A DNA stretch of 64,000 nucleotides from Pseudomonadota bacterium (GCA_009926935.1 RFNZ01000004.1:21104-85103); one strand, 5' to 3'. Positions 21,739-33,278 are shown, numbered from the stretch's first letter. Translations and numbers: made by a program. Notes: generated by a model from the letters alone, not told the origin.

Positions 21739-22392
21739 ATGATTATGAAAAAATCAAATTCTGCCTCAGTTGAATGGAAAGTAAGCACCGAGCCCGTCAC
21801 ATATCAAGTGGCGCTGCAAGAAATGGAATCCCGCGTGGATGCTATTGCCAAAGAAGGTTTGGCCGAATGCGTCTGGTTGCTCGAGCATCCGCCTTTGTAT
21901 ACAGGCGGCACATCCGCAAGGCCCGAAGACCTGCTTGAAAAACGATTTCCTGTATTTGAAACGGGCAGGGGCGGCGAGTACACGTATCATGGCCCCGGCC
22001 AGCGCGTGGCTTACGTCATGCTCAATCTTAAAAACAGACAATCAGAGCCCGATATAAAAAAATATGTCTGGCAACTGGAGGAGATGATCATCCGTGCTTT
22101 GGCGCTTCTGGGTGTGAAGGGCGAGCGGCGAGCAGGCCGCGTGGGTATCTGGGTTGTAACGAGCGACACGGAAAAGAAAATCGCTGCGATCGGCGTGCGC
22201 GTGCGTCACTGGGTCACGTATCATGGTATTGCAATCAACAACACGCCTGACCTCACACATTTTGACGGCATTGTGCCTTGCGGCGTGCACGAATACGGCG
22301 TGACCTCCCTGAAAGATCAGGGATTGAACATTTCGATGTCTCAGCTTGATGCGGCTCTAGCATCGGCATTTGAGGCCGTATTCGGCAATTGA
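21739..22392 (+). CDS. lipB: Octanoyltransferase
   Basis: [40 protein letters not shown]. Confidence 0.96.
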   Translation: MIMKKSNSASVEWKVSTEPVTYQVALQEMESRVDAIAKEGLAECVWLLEHPPLYTGGTSARPEDLLEKRFPVFETGRGGEYTYHGPGQRVAYVMLNLKNRQSEPDIKKYVWQLEEMIIRALALLGVKGERRAGRVGIWVVTSDTEKKIAAIGVRVRHWVTYHGIAINNTPDLTHFDGIVPCGVHEYGVTSLKDQGLNISMSQLDAALASAFEAVFGN

Positions 22393-23219
22393 GAACGTGC
22401 AAAAATGGCAGCCTCTGCCATGACCGTTTCAATGACGCCCTGTAGCCGCAAAAATTTATCACGATCAAGGGTAATGAGATCATGCTTCAGATACAGCCCT
22501 TTGCTGATTTCAATTTGCAGGCTCTCCTGCCGGTTGTCGGGGCGGCCAATGGTTTTGGTAAGCTGCGCTCCCTTGTAAGGCTTGTTGCGCGTGACCTTGA
22601 GGCCGGCATTCACAAAAGCATTTTCAACCACATCCACAAAGCCGCGCCCACAGCTGCGGCCATCCAGATCACCTAAAACCACATCGAAAGCCCCGTTATT
22701 GGTTGTAGGAGGCATTGAATGCATATTGAGATGCCATACTGAGCCAAAACGCTCACGGATACGTGTGACTTCACGTTCAAGCGCGGCATAGTAGGGCCAG
22801 TAATAGGTGTTGATACGCGCTTCAATAGAGTCCGGATCAGGCAAACGGTCATAAATCATAACATCACCGGCGTAGGTCCATATAAGCCCTGTACCGCGCT
22901 GGCTGTTAAGGCTCGGTTTCAGGGCAAAATCGCCGAGTTGCCTCTGCGGCACTAATTGTTCCGAAATATCGTCATAGGCACGATTGAGATCAATGTAACT
23001 ACGCGGCATTTCAGCCTGCACAACCGTAAATCCTTTGTGGGGCAGGCCCGATAACAGAAGGTCCATAAACCGGTCTTCATAAACCTGGAGCGCTTCCCTC
23101 TGGCAGGCATGGTTAAAGTCGGCAGGGTAAGTGCGCCCGCTATGCGGGCTGTCAATCAGCACCGGCACCGCTTTCGCCTGACGGGGGTGGTAAACGCGCA
23201 AGACGCCGTTGATGTGCAT
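22341..23219 (-). CDS. N-formylglutamate amidohydrolase family protein
   Basis: [38 protein letters not shown]. Confidence 0.88.
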   Translation of the reverse strand: MHINGVLRVYHPRQAKAVPVLIDSPHSGRTYPADFNHACQREALQVYEDRFMDLLLSGLPHKGFTVVQAEMPRSYIDLNRAYDDISEQLVPQRQLGDFALKPSLNSQRGTGLIWTYAGDVMIYDRLPDPDSIEARINTYYWPYYAALEREVTRIRERFGSVWHLNMHSMPPTTNNGAFDVVLGDLDGRSCGRGFVDVVENAFVNAGLKVTRNKPYKGAQLTKTIGRPDNRQESLQIEISKGLYLKHDLITLDRDKFLRLQGVIETVMAEAAIFARSQLPNTASNADARAASS

Positions 23220-23289
23220 CAAATACCCTCTTAACAACCCGTGTTACCCATGGTTATCTCAGGCAACCAAAAAACCAAAGGGACAAGTT

Positions 23290-24558
23290 ATGCACGATTT
23301 AAAAGACATCCGTAGCAATCCGCAAGCCTTCGATGCCGCCATGGCACGTCGCGGTCTGCCTGCGCAGTCCCCGGCCATCCTCGCTCTCGATGAAAAGCGC
23401 CGCAGCCTGCAAACGCAGTTGCAGGACATTCAGTCTCAAAGAAACGAGAAATCTAAACTCATCGGCCAGATGAAGGCAAAAAAGGAAAATGCGGATAGCG
23501 TCATGGCCGAAGTCGCTGCCATGAAAGACAAAATGGCCGAGCTAGAAGCCGCTGAAAAAGCGGTAGGTGATGAGTTGACGGACCTGCTCTCCAACATCCC
23601 CAACGTGCAGGACCCGGGCATTCCGGACGGCAAAAGCGAGGATGACAACGTTGAAATCCGCCGCGTGGGTGAACCCAATCACAAGAATACCAAAAAGCTC
23701 GACCACGTCGCGATCGGCGAGGCCCTTGGCCTCATGGATTTCGACACCGCCGCCAAAATTTCAGGCGCGCGTTTTGTCATCATGAAGGGGGCTCTCGCCC
23801 GCCTAGAGCGCGCGCTCGGCCAGTTCATGCTCGATGTTCATACGGGTGAGCATGGTTACAGCGAAATCTCGGGGCCTATCTTGGTTAATTCGCAAACCAT
23901 GTACGGCACAGGCCAGCTGCCGAAGTTTCGTGACGACCAGTTTCAAACCACGCGGGGTGATTGGCTGATACCAACCGCCGAAGTCAGTATGACCAACCTG
24001 GTCGCAGACAGCATTGTGGATGAGGCTTCGCTGCCACTGCGCTTTACCGCCTGTACCCCCTGCTTCAGGCAGGAAGCGGGCGCGGCAGGTAAAGATACAA
24101 AGGGCATGATCCGCCAGCACCAGTTTTACAAAGTGGAATTGGTGAGCATCACGAAACCAGATCAGTCGGAGGCCGAGCACGAGCGCATGACGAAATGCGC
24201 CGAAACCATCCTGACCAGACTTGGTCTGCCCTTCCGGACCATCGTACTCTGCACGGGTGATGCGGGTTTTGGCTCACGCAAGACTTACGATATCGAGGTC
24301 TGGCTGCCGGGGCAGGACAGGTACCGCGAAATCTCCAGCTGCTCGAACTGCTGGGATTTTCAGGCCCGTCGCATGAAGGCTCGCACCAAGGTGGGTGGCG
24401 AAAACGTGTTTGTTCATACCCTCAACGGGTCGGGTGTCGCTGTTGGCCGTGCGCTTATAGCAGTGCTCGAGAATTACTGGGATGATGCCCAACAAGCCGT
24501 GATCATTCCTGATGTACTTAAACCCTATATGGGCGGACTTACAAAAATTTCTAAGTAA
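23290..24558 (+). CDS. serS: Seryl-tRNA synthetase
   Basis: [47 protein letters not shown]. Confidence 0.97.
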   Translation: MHDLKDIRSNPQAFDAAMARRGLPAQSPAILALDEKRRSLQTQLQDIQSQRNEKSKLIGQMKAKKENADSVMAEVAAMKDKMAELEAAEKAVGDELTDLLSNIPNVQDPGIPDGKSEDDNVEIRRVGEPNHKNTKKLDHVAIGEALGLMDFDTAAKISGARFVIMKGALARLERALGQFMLDVHTGEHGYSEISGPILVNSQTMYGTGQLPKFRDDQFQTTRGDWLIPTAEVSMTNLVADSIVDEASLPLRFTACTPCFRQEAGAAGKDTKGMIRQHQFYKVELVSITKPDQSEAEHERMTKCAETILTRLGLPFRTIVLCTGDAGFGSRKTYDIEVWLPGQDRYREISSCSNCWDFQARRMKARTKVGGENVFVHTLNGSGVAVGRALIAVLENYWDDAQQAVIIPDVLKPYMGGLTKISK

Positions 24559-25402
24559 CTGGCGGCCTACGCCGGCGTTTGGTGCCACCTGATGGCGGCG
24601 GTGTCCGTCGTGGGCTTGCGGCATCGGGTTTGGCTGCGCCCTGGGGCTTTGGGCCCGAGGTATCGGCAGCCGTAAAACGGGTGCGGGCAGGCACAGGAAG
24701 CACAACACGTGTCCGTGATACAGGGATCGAGGCAGGCGGCAAGCGCCTTTCAGGCGGAGACGGACGTACCACAGCGCGAGGTTTTTGCGAGACAGGCTTC
24801 TGACGCAAGTCGGTCATAAACGCCATCAGCCGGCTTATAGACGGCAAGCGCAGCTTATTTAACTTGAGCGCTGGCATCGACCAGACAGGCATTTTAAAAT
24901 TCATGAGGCCCGCGGCAATGCGGTCTGCCGTACCGCCTGTTAAACGTCCGGCAATCGCACCAGCCATCACGCCAACAACGCCGCCGATGGTAGCGCCTGC
25001 TCCTGCAGCAAATCCAAGAAAACCGGCATTGATGGCATAGAAAAACCCTGTGGAAGCAAGCGTGCTTGAAAAAAGCGCAACCGTCAGTGAAGGCACGGCC
25101 AGTGCCGCAAAGGCCGCACCACCAAGCAGGACAGGGGCCGCCAAAAGCACGCCAAGTTTTTTAGGTATCCTGAAACCGTTGCTGACAAGCGCCGTTACGG
25201 CCGTGGCCGCAGCTACAGGTACATATCCAAAGAGGTAGAGGGCGGTCGCACCCTCAATGCCAAGGCTGGCACCAAAAAGGGAAGGCAGTAGAAAAGGCCC
25301 TCCAATGGCTAGGGCCCCGATAAGTGCCCCGACCATCCCCAAAAATACTGCGCCTTTGCGGGCGTAGGGCAGTGACCGAGAGCGAGGGGCGGCTTGAGGC
25401 AT
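24551..25402 (-). CDS. Hypothetical multi-TM protein with Pro/Arg-rich C-terminal tail
   Basis: Gly/Ala-rich hydrophobic segments then a low-complexity basic tail. Confidence 0.65.
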   Translation of the reverse strand: MPQAAPRSRSLPYARKGAVFLGMVGALIGALAIGGPFLLPSLFGASLGIEGATALYLFGYVPVAAATAVTALVSNGFRIPKKLGVLLAAPVLLGGAAFAALAVPSLTVALFSSTLASTGFFYAINAGFLGFAAGAGATIGGVVGVMAGAIAGRLTGGTADRIAAGLMNFKMPVWSMPALKLNKLRLPSISRLMAFMTDLRQKPVSQKPRAVVRPSPPERRLPPASIPVSRTRVVLPVPARTRFTAADTSGPKPQGAAKPDAASPRRTPPPSGGTKRRRRPPVT

Positions 25403-25537
25403 CAGCAGAAAATACTACGACAATTTAAATATGAAAAGTTTTTGTTTTTATAAGCAGGCAAGACAGCACTTGAGGTCCGGACTCGATAGGGTCAGAATAG
25501 AGAAAGCGATTCGCTAGATTCCATCTCAAAAAGATCC

Positions 25538-26230
25538 ATGAACTCATTGTACGCAAACAAAATTCGTTTAATTATGCACCTCCGTCGTCACGGGATAACC
25601 GAGACGAGCGTCCTGAGTGCTATTGAACGCATCCCGCGGGAAGAATTCGTGCCGGACATGTTCCACGACCAAGCCTATGAGGACAGGGCTTTGCCAATCG
25701 GCCTGGGCCAGACCATCTCGCAGCCGCTTGTGGTCGCAACCATGTCGCAGGCGCTGGAACTCAATGATCGCATGAAGGTTCTGGAAATCGGCACGGGATC
25801 TGGTTATCAGGCCGCCATCCTTTCGCGCCTCTGCCGCCGCGTCTATTCTATGGAACGCCATAAACCGCTTCTGGATATCGCTGAAGAACGTTTCAAACGT
25901 ATGAATATCCGCAACATTACAACGCTGGTAGGTGACGGCATGAAGGGGTGGCCCGTGCAGGCCCCGTTTGACCGTATAATCGTGACGGCAGCTGCCAAGG
26001 GTGAAGTGCCGCGCGAGCTGCTCTATCAGCTCTCAATTGGCGGAGTCATGGTGGTGCCAGAGGGGCCGGATGGCACCGCTCAAAATCTCATCAAATACAT
26101 CCGTGTGGCCGAGCATGAGTTTACCGCGCAGGAACTGCTGCCCGTGCGTTTTGTACCTTTGCTTCCTGATGTCGCATCCGAGTCCATGGACATGGAGCCC
26201 GACCTCAACAAACTTCTGGCATGGGCATAA
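25538..26230 (+). CDS. pcm: Protein-L-isoaspartate O-methyltransferase
   Basis: GQTISQP, VLEIGTGSGYQ, APFDRIIVTAA. Confidence 0.95.
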   Translation: MNSLYANKIRLIMHLRRHGITETSVLSAIERIPREEFVPDMFHDQAYEDRALPIGLGQTISQPLVVATMSQALELNDRMKVLEIGTGSGYQAAILSRLCRRVYSMERHKPLLDIAEERFKRMNIRNITTLVGDGMKGWPVQAPFDRIIVTAAAKGEVPRELLYQLSIGGVMVVPEGPDGTAQNLIKYIRVAEHEFTAQELLPVRFVPLLPDVASESMDMEPDLNKLLAWA

Positions 26231-27165
26231 GGCTACCATCGCTGCTGCTGGTGACCTGCATGCTGGCCGCCTGTTCTAATCAGGCTGGAGCGCCGCGAGA
26301 TATACCTGTCTACGATCTCAAGTTTGAAGCACGTTCAAGCGGCACAGCCCTTGTGGCTGAGGGCGATACGCTGGGCCAGATCGCCAATCGCTACGCTCTC
26401 ACGCTCAACGACATCATCCGCGCCAATATGATATCGGGCACACAGGTAATGGCAGGCCAACGCCTGCTGCTGCCGCCGCCGCGCACCTATACCGTACAGT
26501 CAGGCGATACGATCGACCGTATCGCCCGCATGTTCGATACCGATATGGAGACTCTGGCAACGGCAAACAATCTCTACCCGCCCTATGCCCTGCAATTCGG
26601 GCAGATGCTGCAAATCCCGCAAGATCAACAGCATGAACCCATAAAAACCGGCGATTTGCGTGGGCCAAGCACGCCCGCCTACGACAGCATTGAAACCCAG
26701 CCGCTGGATAGTTATAAGCCTCAACCTGATAAATCGGTCATGGCCGAGCCTTTGCAACCGGCTCCGGTGCGCAACACTATCCCCACCATCCCCACTAACA
26801 GATTTGCGAGGCCGCTCGATGGAAATGTCGTTTCCGGCTTCGGCCCCAAGGCCGGAGGCATGTACAACGACGGCATCAACATAGCAGCCAAGGCCGGCAC
26901 GCCCGTATCGGCGGCGCAAAACGGTATAGTGGCCTTTGCTGGGCAGGGGCCGGAGGGCTTCGGCAACATGGTGCTCGTCAAGCACGATGACGGGTATTTT
27001 ACGGTCTACTCGCACCTCTCGCAGATCAATGTGAACGAGGGCGCGAGCGTGCCTCAGGGCGCTATGCTTGGCCGCGTGGGGGCAACAGGCAAGGTCAAGG
27101 ACCCGCAGCTCCACTTTGAGATCAGGCGCGGCACAACACCACTTAATCCTGAGGATTATCTATAA
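26221..27165 (+). CDS. nlpD: LysM/M23 peptidase-domain lipoprotein (NlpD-like)
   Basis: Lipobox LAAC, two LysM repeats, M23 domain with NDGIN (His replaced) and HLHFEIR-like QLHFEIR; follows pcm. Confidence 0.85.
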   Translation: MGIRLPSLLLVTCMLAACSNQAGAPRDIPVYDLKFEARSSGTALVAEGDTLGQIANRYALTLNDIIRANMISGTQVMAGQRLLLPPPRTYTVQSGDTIDRIARMFDTDMETLATANNLYPPYALQFGQMLQIPQDQQHEPIKTGDLRGPSTPAYDSIETQPLDSYKPQPDKSVMAEPLQPAPVRNTIPTIPTNRFARPLDGNVVSGFGPKAGGMYNDGINIAAKAGTPVSAAQNGIVAFAGQGPEGFGNMVLVKHDDGYFTVYSHLSQINVNEGASVPQGAMLGRVGATGKVKDPQLHFEIRRGTTPLNPEDYL

Positions 27166-27248
27166 ACACCCCGAGGCCTGCCTTGCCTTTGTAGGGCAGC
27201 TCACTATAGTAGCCCGTCGAATCCAAACTTTTTTGACGGAGTAGTTTA

Positions 27249-27608
27249 ATGCTGATTTCTCAAGCTCTTGCCGCAGCCGATGCCGTAGCGCCTGCCGTGG
27301 CTCCTGCCGCCGCCGCCCCTTCAGCCGGTGACGCGTTCCTGACCAACATGGGCCTTATCCTGGCCATGTTCATCTTGTTCTACGTGCTTCTCATCCGCCC
27401 ACAGCAAAAGCGCTTCAAGGCGCAGCAGGCGATGCTGGCGGCCCTCAAAGTCGGTGACCGTGTGGTTACGGGCGCAGGCTTCATCGGCACGATTGCCAGC
27501 CTGAAAAACGATACGGAAGTAGAAGTTGATCTCGGTAACGGCCTGAAGGTGACAGCTTTGCGCTACACCATCTCGACCGTCGCAAACGACGAGAAGAAAG
27601 CGGCGTAA
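27249..27608 (+). CDS. yajC: Preprotein translocase subunit YajC
   Basis: FYVLLIRPQQKR, LKVGDRVVT. Confidence 0.93.
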   Translation: MLISQALAAADAVAPAVAPAAAAPSAGDAFLTNMGLILAMFILFYVLLIRPQQKRFKAQQAMLAALKVGDRVVTGAGFIGTIASLKNDTEVEVDLGNGLKVTALRYTISTVANDEKKAA

Positions 27609-27613
27609 CCAGC

Positions 27614-29176
27614 ATGGTCCGCATACCTCTCTGGCAGACGATTGTTATCCTTTTGGTGGTGCTTTTGGGCGCGGCTTATGCCGTACCCAATGCCCTACCG
27701 AAAGCGAAGATGGAGGCGCTGGAAGGTAAAATACCCTCATGGCTGCCGCATAAAACGGTCAATCTGGGGCTGGATCTCCAGGGCGGATCGCATTTGCTGC
27801 TGGAAGTCGGTATCGATGTGGCTATCCGCGATGGTGCCGAGAACACCGTCTCGGCCCTCAGGAGCGAACTTCGTGACCGCAAAATCCAGTATACATCCTT
27901 AAGGCCGGCAACAGATGGGTTCAGCCTGACTGTACGGAACGAGACCGATGCAGAGGCTGCACGTAGCGCCGCCCGCAAGCTTGAGCCGGAGCTGGTATTT
28001 GAAAACACGGGATCGACCATCAAGGCCCAGTTCACCGAAGCAAAACTGAAAGCCGTCAAAGACCACGCGATGGAGCAATCCATCGAGATCGTTCGTCGCC
28101 GTATCGATGAAACGGGTACACGTGAGCCCATCATTGCAAGACAGGGCGAGAACCGGATAGTTATTCAGCTCCCCGGCGTTGATAACCCCGAGCAGATTAA
28201 AAAACTGATAGGCACAACTGCAAAGCTTGGGTTTCATATAGTCGATGCGCAAGCCTCGGCAGCCGGTCGCGCCGGCGTTGGGGATATGCTCCTGCCCATG
28301 CAGGATAACCCGGCCTCTAAAATCGTCGTTGAAAAACGCGCTTTGATTACGGGCGACATGCTGACAAACGCTCAGCCAAGCTTCAACCAGAACGGCCAGC
28401 CTGTTGTTACATTCCGTTTCAACGCGCTAGGCACCAAGCGTTTTTGCGATGCTTCAAAAGCCAACGTGGGTAAGCCTTTTGCGATTGTCCTTGATGAAAA
28501 AGTCATCTCTGCACCAGTTATACGCGAGCCTATCTGCGGTGGTTCCGGCGAAATTTCAGGCGGATTTACCGTACAGGAATCGTCTGACCTATCACTTCTT
28601 CTGCGTGCGGGCGCGCTGCCAGCACCCTTGAAGCTGATGGAAGAGCGCACGGTCGGCCCCACACTGGGCTCGGACTCTGTGTCAGCAGGTCGCACGGCGT
28701 GCATTATGGCGCTGATATTCGTTATAATTTTTGCGAGCACCGTTTACGGCTTGTTCGGCCTGTTTGCATCGGTCGCGCTGCTGATCAACATGGTGCTCAT
28801 CATGGCTGTCATGTCGATGCTTCAGGCCACGCTCACACTGCCCGGCATTGCGGGTATGGTCTTGGCGATCGGCCTTGCCGTCGATGCCAACGTGCTTGTG
28901 TATGAACGTATCAAGGAAGAACTCCGGGCAGGGCGAAGCATCATTGCTGCTATTGATACAGGATACCAGCGTGCCAAGGTTACCATTATCGATTCAAACC
29001 TGACCGCGCTTATCTCTGCGCTCATTCTGTTTTCTTTCGGTACGGGGCCAATCAAGGGCTTTGCCGTGACCACCTGTATCGGCGTCGTAACGTCCTACTT
29101 CTGCGCCATCATGCTGACACGCCTGATGGTCCTCACATGGCTCAACTGGGCTAAACCAAAAGAAATTGCGGCATAA
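27614..29176 (+). CDS. secD: Protein translocase subunit SecD
   Basis: LGLDLQGG, RRIDETG, LLRAGALPAP, VDANVLVYERIKEE. Confidence 0.97.
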   Translation: MVRIPLWQTIVILLVVLLGAAYAVPNALPKAKMEALEGKIPSWLPHKTVNLGLDLQGGSHLLLEVGIDVAIRDGAENTVSALRSELRDRKIQYTSLRPATDGFSLTVRNETDAEAARSAARKLEPELVFENTGSTIKAQFTEAKLKAVKDHAMEQSIEIVRRRIDETGTREPIIARQGENRIVIQLPGVDNPEQIKKLIGTTAKLGFHIVDAQASAAGRAGVGDMLLPMQDNPASKIVVEKRALITGDMLTNAQPSFNQNGQPVVTFRFNALGTKRFCDASKANVGKPFAIVLDEKVISAPVIREPICGGSGEISGGFTVQESSDLSLLLRAGALPAPLKLMEERTVGPTLGSDSVSAGRTACIMALIFVIIFASTVYGLFGLFASVALLINMVLIMAVMSMLQATLTLPGIAGMVLAIGLAVDANVLVYERIKEELRAGRSIIAAIDTGYQRAKVTIIDSNLTALISALILFSFGTGPIKGFAVTTCIGVVTSYFCAIMLTRLMVLTWLNWAKPKEIAA

Positions 29177-29177
29177 C

Positions 29178-30122
29178 ATGATCATCAAGCTTCTGCCTCT
29201 CATCCCGCACGACACAAAAATCGATTTTTTCGGTCACCGCTTTTACGCGATGCTCGCAAGCCTCATTATCATTGGAGGTTCGATTTTGTGCCTTTCGATA
29301 AAAGGGCTCAACTTCGGGATTGATTTCACGGGCGGCACGGTGATCGAGATTCAGACACCTGTAGAGCCGAACCTTCCTGATCTTCGTCACAAGCTGGATG
29401 CACTGGAACTGGGCGAAGTGCCTATACAGGAATTCGGCTCGAAGCAGTCTCTCATGATCCGCCTGCGCCAGCAGGAAGGCGGGCCGGATGCTCAAAAGGC
29501 AGCCATCGACAAGGTGCGTGGCGTACTTGATACCGAATTCGGCGAAGGTAAGTTGGATTACCGCCGTACCGAATTCGTGGGCCCACAGGTCGGCTCCGAA
29601 CTCAAAAAAGCGGGGCTTATTGCCGTACTGATCGCGATTGGCGGGATCATGAGCTACATCTGGCTGCGGTTTAACTGGCAGTACGGGGTAGGCGCGTTTT
29701 TAGCCCTTATTCACGACGTCGTGGGCATTCTGGGCCTTTTTTCGCTTACCCAGATGCACTTTGATCTATCGACACTTTCAGCCATTCTGCTGGTGGCCGG
29801 GTACTCTATCAACGAGACCGTTATTATCTTTGACCGTGTGCGTGAAACCTTGCGTAAATACCGTAAAATGCCGATGGATGAAGTGATCAACTTTTCGATC
29901 AATTCGACCTTCCCGCGCACGATGATGACGTCTGGCTCAACACTGCTTGCAATTCTGGCTCTCTATCTTTTTGGCGGCATGGTTATCCAGAGCTTCGTTT
30001 CAGCGCTCTTCATAGGCATTCTGATCGGCACGCACTCTTCTTACTTCGTGTCTTCGCCGGTTCTCTACTACCTGAAATTGCGCGCATCACCCGAAAAACC
30101 TGCGGCGGAAACCGCGGCCTAA
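29178..30122 (+). CDS. secF: Protein translocase subunit SecF
   Basis: GIDFTGG, VGPQVG, HDVV, GYSINETVIIFDRVRE. Confidence 0.96.
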   Translation: MIIKLLPLIPHDTKIDFFGHRFYAMLASLIIIGGSILCLSIKGLNFGIDFTGGTVIEIQTPVEPNLPDLRHKLDALELGEVPIQEFGSKQSLMIRLRQQEGGPDAQKAAIDKVRGVLDTEFGEGKLDYRRTEFVGPQVGSELKKAGLIAVLIAIGGIMSYIWLRFNWQYGVGAFLALIHDVVGILGLFSLTQMHFDLSTLSAILLVAGYSINETVIIFDRVRETLRKYRKMPMDEVINFSINSTFPRTMMTSGSTLLAILALYLFGGMVIQSFVSALFIGILIGTHSSYFVSSPVLYYLKLRASPEKPAAETAA

Positions 30123-30976
30123 TCAGGCTTTTTCCAGCGGCGATGTAGCCAGAGCCATTGCTCCGGATACTCCGTAATCCAGCGCTCGAGATGTGTATGC
30201 ATATCTGCAACGATGGCGGATGTATCGCGCCCGTCAATGACAAGGGCATCAGAAAGCTCGATCTCAAACCGGCATCCACTCGTACGGATGATGCGCCCGG
30301 GTATCACTGGGCAGCTAAGCTTTTTTGCCAGCTCCACAAAGGCCGTGCTGGTCATGGCAGGGTGCCCAAAAAATGGGACATTAATACCGGTATTCATTTT
30401 TTGGTCGACCAGCATGCCAACGCATGTACCTTCCTGCAGGGCTTTCAACGTTTCGGCAAGTCCTCTGCGGTTTTTACCGAAGCTACGCAAAGCACCGCCA
30501 AAAGCGCGCAATTGGACAAGAAGGCGGTCCACAAGCGGGTTGTTGGGTGCACGGTAGACCGAGTGCATCGTGAGCCCCTGCGTAAACAAAAGGGCGGGCG
30601 GCAATAACTCCCAGTTGCCAATATGCCCGCTCACAAAAATGGTGGGTTTGCCACCGTCTTTGATGGCACGAAAAGCATCGGCATTTCTGAATCTGATCCG
30701 GTCGCTTTTGGCGATAGCTTCAAGATGCGGGTACTCTGCAACGACACGACCAAGGTTTTCCCACATTCCTTTAACAGTCGTATCAATTTTGCTCTGTGAC
30801 CAGTCAGGGAAGCACAGGGCAAGATTACGCCGGGCCACTTTGCTAATACCCATAAATGGCCCGAGCATGCGGAAAAGCGCGCCGCCAAAGCGGGATGCCG
30901 TATCAGGTGACAAGATGCCAAAAAAACCTAAAGCTGCCTTAAGCAGTATATGCTCGGTGCCGTGTTTCATGCGCAT
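30119..30976 (-). CDS. lpxL: Lipid A lauroyl/late acyltransferase (HtrB/LpxL family)
   Basis: GHIGNWE, DQ, PEQWLWLHRRWK; clustered with lpxK and waaA. Confidence 0.88.
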   Translation of the reverse strand: MRMKHGTEHILLKAALGFFGILSPDTASRFGGALFRMLGPFMGISKVARRNLALCFPDWSQSKIDTTVKGMWENLGRVVAEYPHLEAIAKSDRIRFRNADAFRAIKDGGKPTIFVSGHIGNWELLPPALLFTQGLTMHSVYRAPNNPLVDRLLVQLRAFGGALRSFGKNRRGLAETLKALQEGTCVGMLVDQKMNTGINVPFFGHPAMTSTAFVELAKKLSCPVIPGRIIRTSGCRFEIELSDALVIDGRDTSAIVADMHTHLERWITEYPEQWLWLHRRWKKPD

Positions 30977-31950
30977 AAGCCAAGTCGGGTGCGTATGAGC
31001 GTCAATAGCTCCGGCATGCCATCGACCTTAAGGTTGACGGGCAGCACATCGACGGTGCTGCGGGCACTTTCAGGCAGGCGTGTAAAATCTTTTTCTGTAG
31101 TGATCAATCGGGCCTGAAGCCGTTTGGTCTCAGCCACAAGTGCCTCAATATCGCTGGCCGTAAAATGATGATGGTCCGGAAAAGCGACTGTTTTTACAAC
31201 GTTGTAATTGCATTCGCGCAGCGTTTCAAAAAACTTTTCAGGCCGGCCAATGCCTGCAAAGGCCAGATATCTGGCCTCAGAAGATAAATTATAGGCAGCT
31301 TTAAAGTGCGCGGCAAAAGTTGGGAGGGATAAAAGCTGTTCACGAATATTCGTTTGATCCTGCCCTACCACGATGCAGGCGGCAGCGCGTGGCAATGCAT
31401 CAGCCAGTGGTTCACGGCAGGGCCCGGCGGGTATGCAATGTCCGTTGCCTATGCCCACAGCACCGTCAAAAATAAGGATCGAGATTGTCTTGGCAAGATC
31501 CGGATTCTGAAACCCGTCATCGGCGATCACAGTATCAAACCCATGCTCATCGGCATAACGAAGGCCATCAGCACGATTTTTAGCCACAATCGTAGGTGCG
31601 TGGCGCACTAGAAGCAGTGCCTCGTCACCATACTCATTGACCGTAGATGCATGCGCATCAATAAACGCAGGGCCAGTAGTACGCCCGCCAAATCCGCGTG
31701 TCAGAAAACAGGGTCTTTTTACCATCCCAGCCTCGCGCATCCCGTCCATAAGACTAATGGCAAAAGGGGTCTTGCCCGCACCGCCAACGGTCACGTTGCC
31801 AACACAAATGACTTTGGCATGAGGGATATATGACGGTGCGCACGCAATCCTTAGCCGCGTAAAATAACGCCATACCACAGAAAGCGGTTTAAGGAGTTTA
31901 ACATTCGCATTTCTGTCAAACCAGAAAGCCGGGGCAGTAAGGCGTATCAT
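30967..31950 (-). CDS. lpxK: Tetraacyldisaccharide 4'-kinase
   Basis: VGNVTVGGAGKTP, GDEALL, DDGFQN, FPDHH, TTEKD. Confidence 0.95.
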   Translation of the reverse strand: MIRLTAPAFWFDRNANVKLLKPLSVVWRYFTRLRIACAPSYIPHAKVICVGNVTVGGAGKTPFAISLMDGMREAGMVKRPCFLTRGFGGRTTGPAFIDAHASTVNEYGDEALLLVRHAPTIVAKNRADGLRYADEHGFDTVIADDGFQNPDLAKTISILIFDGAVGIGNGHCIPAGPCREPLADALPRAAACIVVGQDQTNIREQLLSLPTFAAHFKAAYNLSSEARYLAFAGIGRPEKFFETLRECNYNVVKTVAFPDHHHFTASDIEALVAETKRLQARLITTEKDFTRLPESARSTVDVLPVNLKVDGMPELLTLIRTRLGLCA

Positions 31951-33230
31951 ACGCTTATTTTTGCGCGTTCCAGCAAAGGCCGCAACAGGGCAAGTACGCC
32001 GTCCAGAACACCGTTCTGGCGGGCAACAAAGGCACGGGCAGCCTCAGAGAGCACTTTACGTTTGGCTTCATCCGTCAAAAGCGTATGCAAAGCCATCTGA
32101 AGGTTTTTTTCATCCCGTACCAAAAGCGACCCGCCCGCAATGCGCAGTTCTTTGTCGATCTCGGCAAAGTTCCACATATGCGGGCCATAGACCATGGCGC
32201 AGCCTAATTGCGCAGGTTCGATGGGGTTATGCCCGCCACCGGGGATGCTCACCATGGAGTTACCTAAAAATACAACAGGGCAAAGGCGGTAAAAGAGGCC
32301 TGTCTCGCCCAATGTATCAGCCACATAAACCGAAACATCACGGGCAAGGGCATCCCCGCGTGAACGTCTGGCATATCTCAGTCCTTCTTTGTCCACGATC
32401 GCGGCCACATCTTCACCGCGCTTGGGATGACGTGGCAGGATGATGCTCAGTAATTCAGGATGCTGTGCGGCAAGGGTCTGGTGGACGCTGACGGCAAGCG
32501 CTTCCTCTCCCGGATGGGTGCTGGCATACAGGACCGTAGGTCGCAAGCCAATTTGGGATCGAAGAATTTCGAGCGACTGCTCATCGAACAAAAGAGGTTT
32601 ACCCGCATATTTCATGTTCCCAGCAACCACGACCCGCGGCGCACCAAGGATTTTAAGACGCTCGCCGTCTTCCTCGCTCTGGGCAAGGCAAAGATCAAAA
32701 TGAGAGAGGATATGCCGGATGGTTTTAGGCACACGCTTCCAGCGGTCAGCGCTTCTTGCGGATAAGCGTCCGTTAATCATGATAAGCGGCACTTGACGCG
32801 CTTTGATCGCCTGAAGTCCATTCGGCCACAGCTCTGATTCAACCCAGAGCACAGCCATAGGCTGCCAGTATTTCAAAAAGCGCTCGACCCAATGCGGGTG
32901 GTCGTAAGGGGCATATTGATGAATAATGCGCTGGTGTTCAGCCTTTCTTACAAGGCGTGCAGCTGTAACGGTGACAGTCGTGATCAGGCAGGTCAGGTCT
33001 TCATTCTTTTCAATGAGTGTTTGGACGAGCGGCAGTACGGAACGCATCTCGCCAACGCTGGCAGCATGAACCCATAAAATCTTGCCATTTGGTTTGGGAA
33101 GGGAAGGGATACCGCGGCGTTCCTTGAGATGCGCCGTCTCCTCATGCCCGCGCCGCGCCCGCACCCAAAGGACAAGCAGGATCAGTGGAACAAGGGTCTG
33201 CACAAGAAGGCGGTATAGGCGCAAAATCAT
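31947..33230 (-). CDS. waaA: 3-deoxy-D-manno-octulosonic acid transferase
   Basis: WVHAASVGE, ESELWPN, PRHPKRG, DTLGE, GGHNPIEPA. Confidence 0.95.
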   Translation of the reverse strand: MILRLYRLLVQTLVPLILLVLWVRARRGHEETAHLKERRGIPSLPKPNGKILWVHAASVGEMRSVLPLVQTLIEKNEDLTCLITTVTVTAARLVRKAEHQRIIHQYAPYDHPHWVERFLKYWQPMAVLWVESELWPNGLQAIKARQVPLIMINGRLSARSADRWKRVPKTIRHILSHFDLCLAQSEEDGERLKILGAPRVVVAGNMKYAGKPLLFDEQSLEILRSQIGLRPTVLYASTHPGEEALAVSVHQTLAAQHPELLSIILPRHPKRGEDVAAIVDKEGLRYARRSRGDALARDVSVYVADTLGETGLFYRLCPVVFLGNSMVSIPGGGHNPIEPAQLGCAMVYGPHMWNFAEIDKELRIAGGSLLVRDEKNLQMALHTLLTDEAKRKVLSEAARAFVARQNGVLDGVLALLRPLLERAKISV

Positions 33231-33278
33231 CTCCGCCTATAAACGGCCTTGGCATCTTAAAGTCAAAGGAAATGGTTA

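Noticed and set aside
23209-23289. N-terminal extensions given by the ORF track for serS (also ispH, Lrp, pdxH, 17-kDa lipoprotein, trmJ, DUF3429)
   Set aside because: The extensions run through intergenic or neighbouring-gene DNA; downstream ATGs match family N-termini or SD sites.
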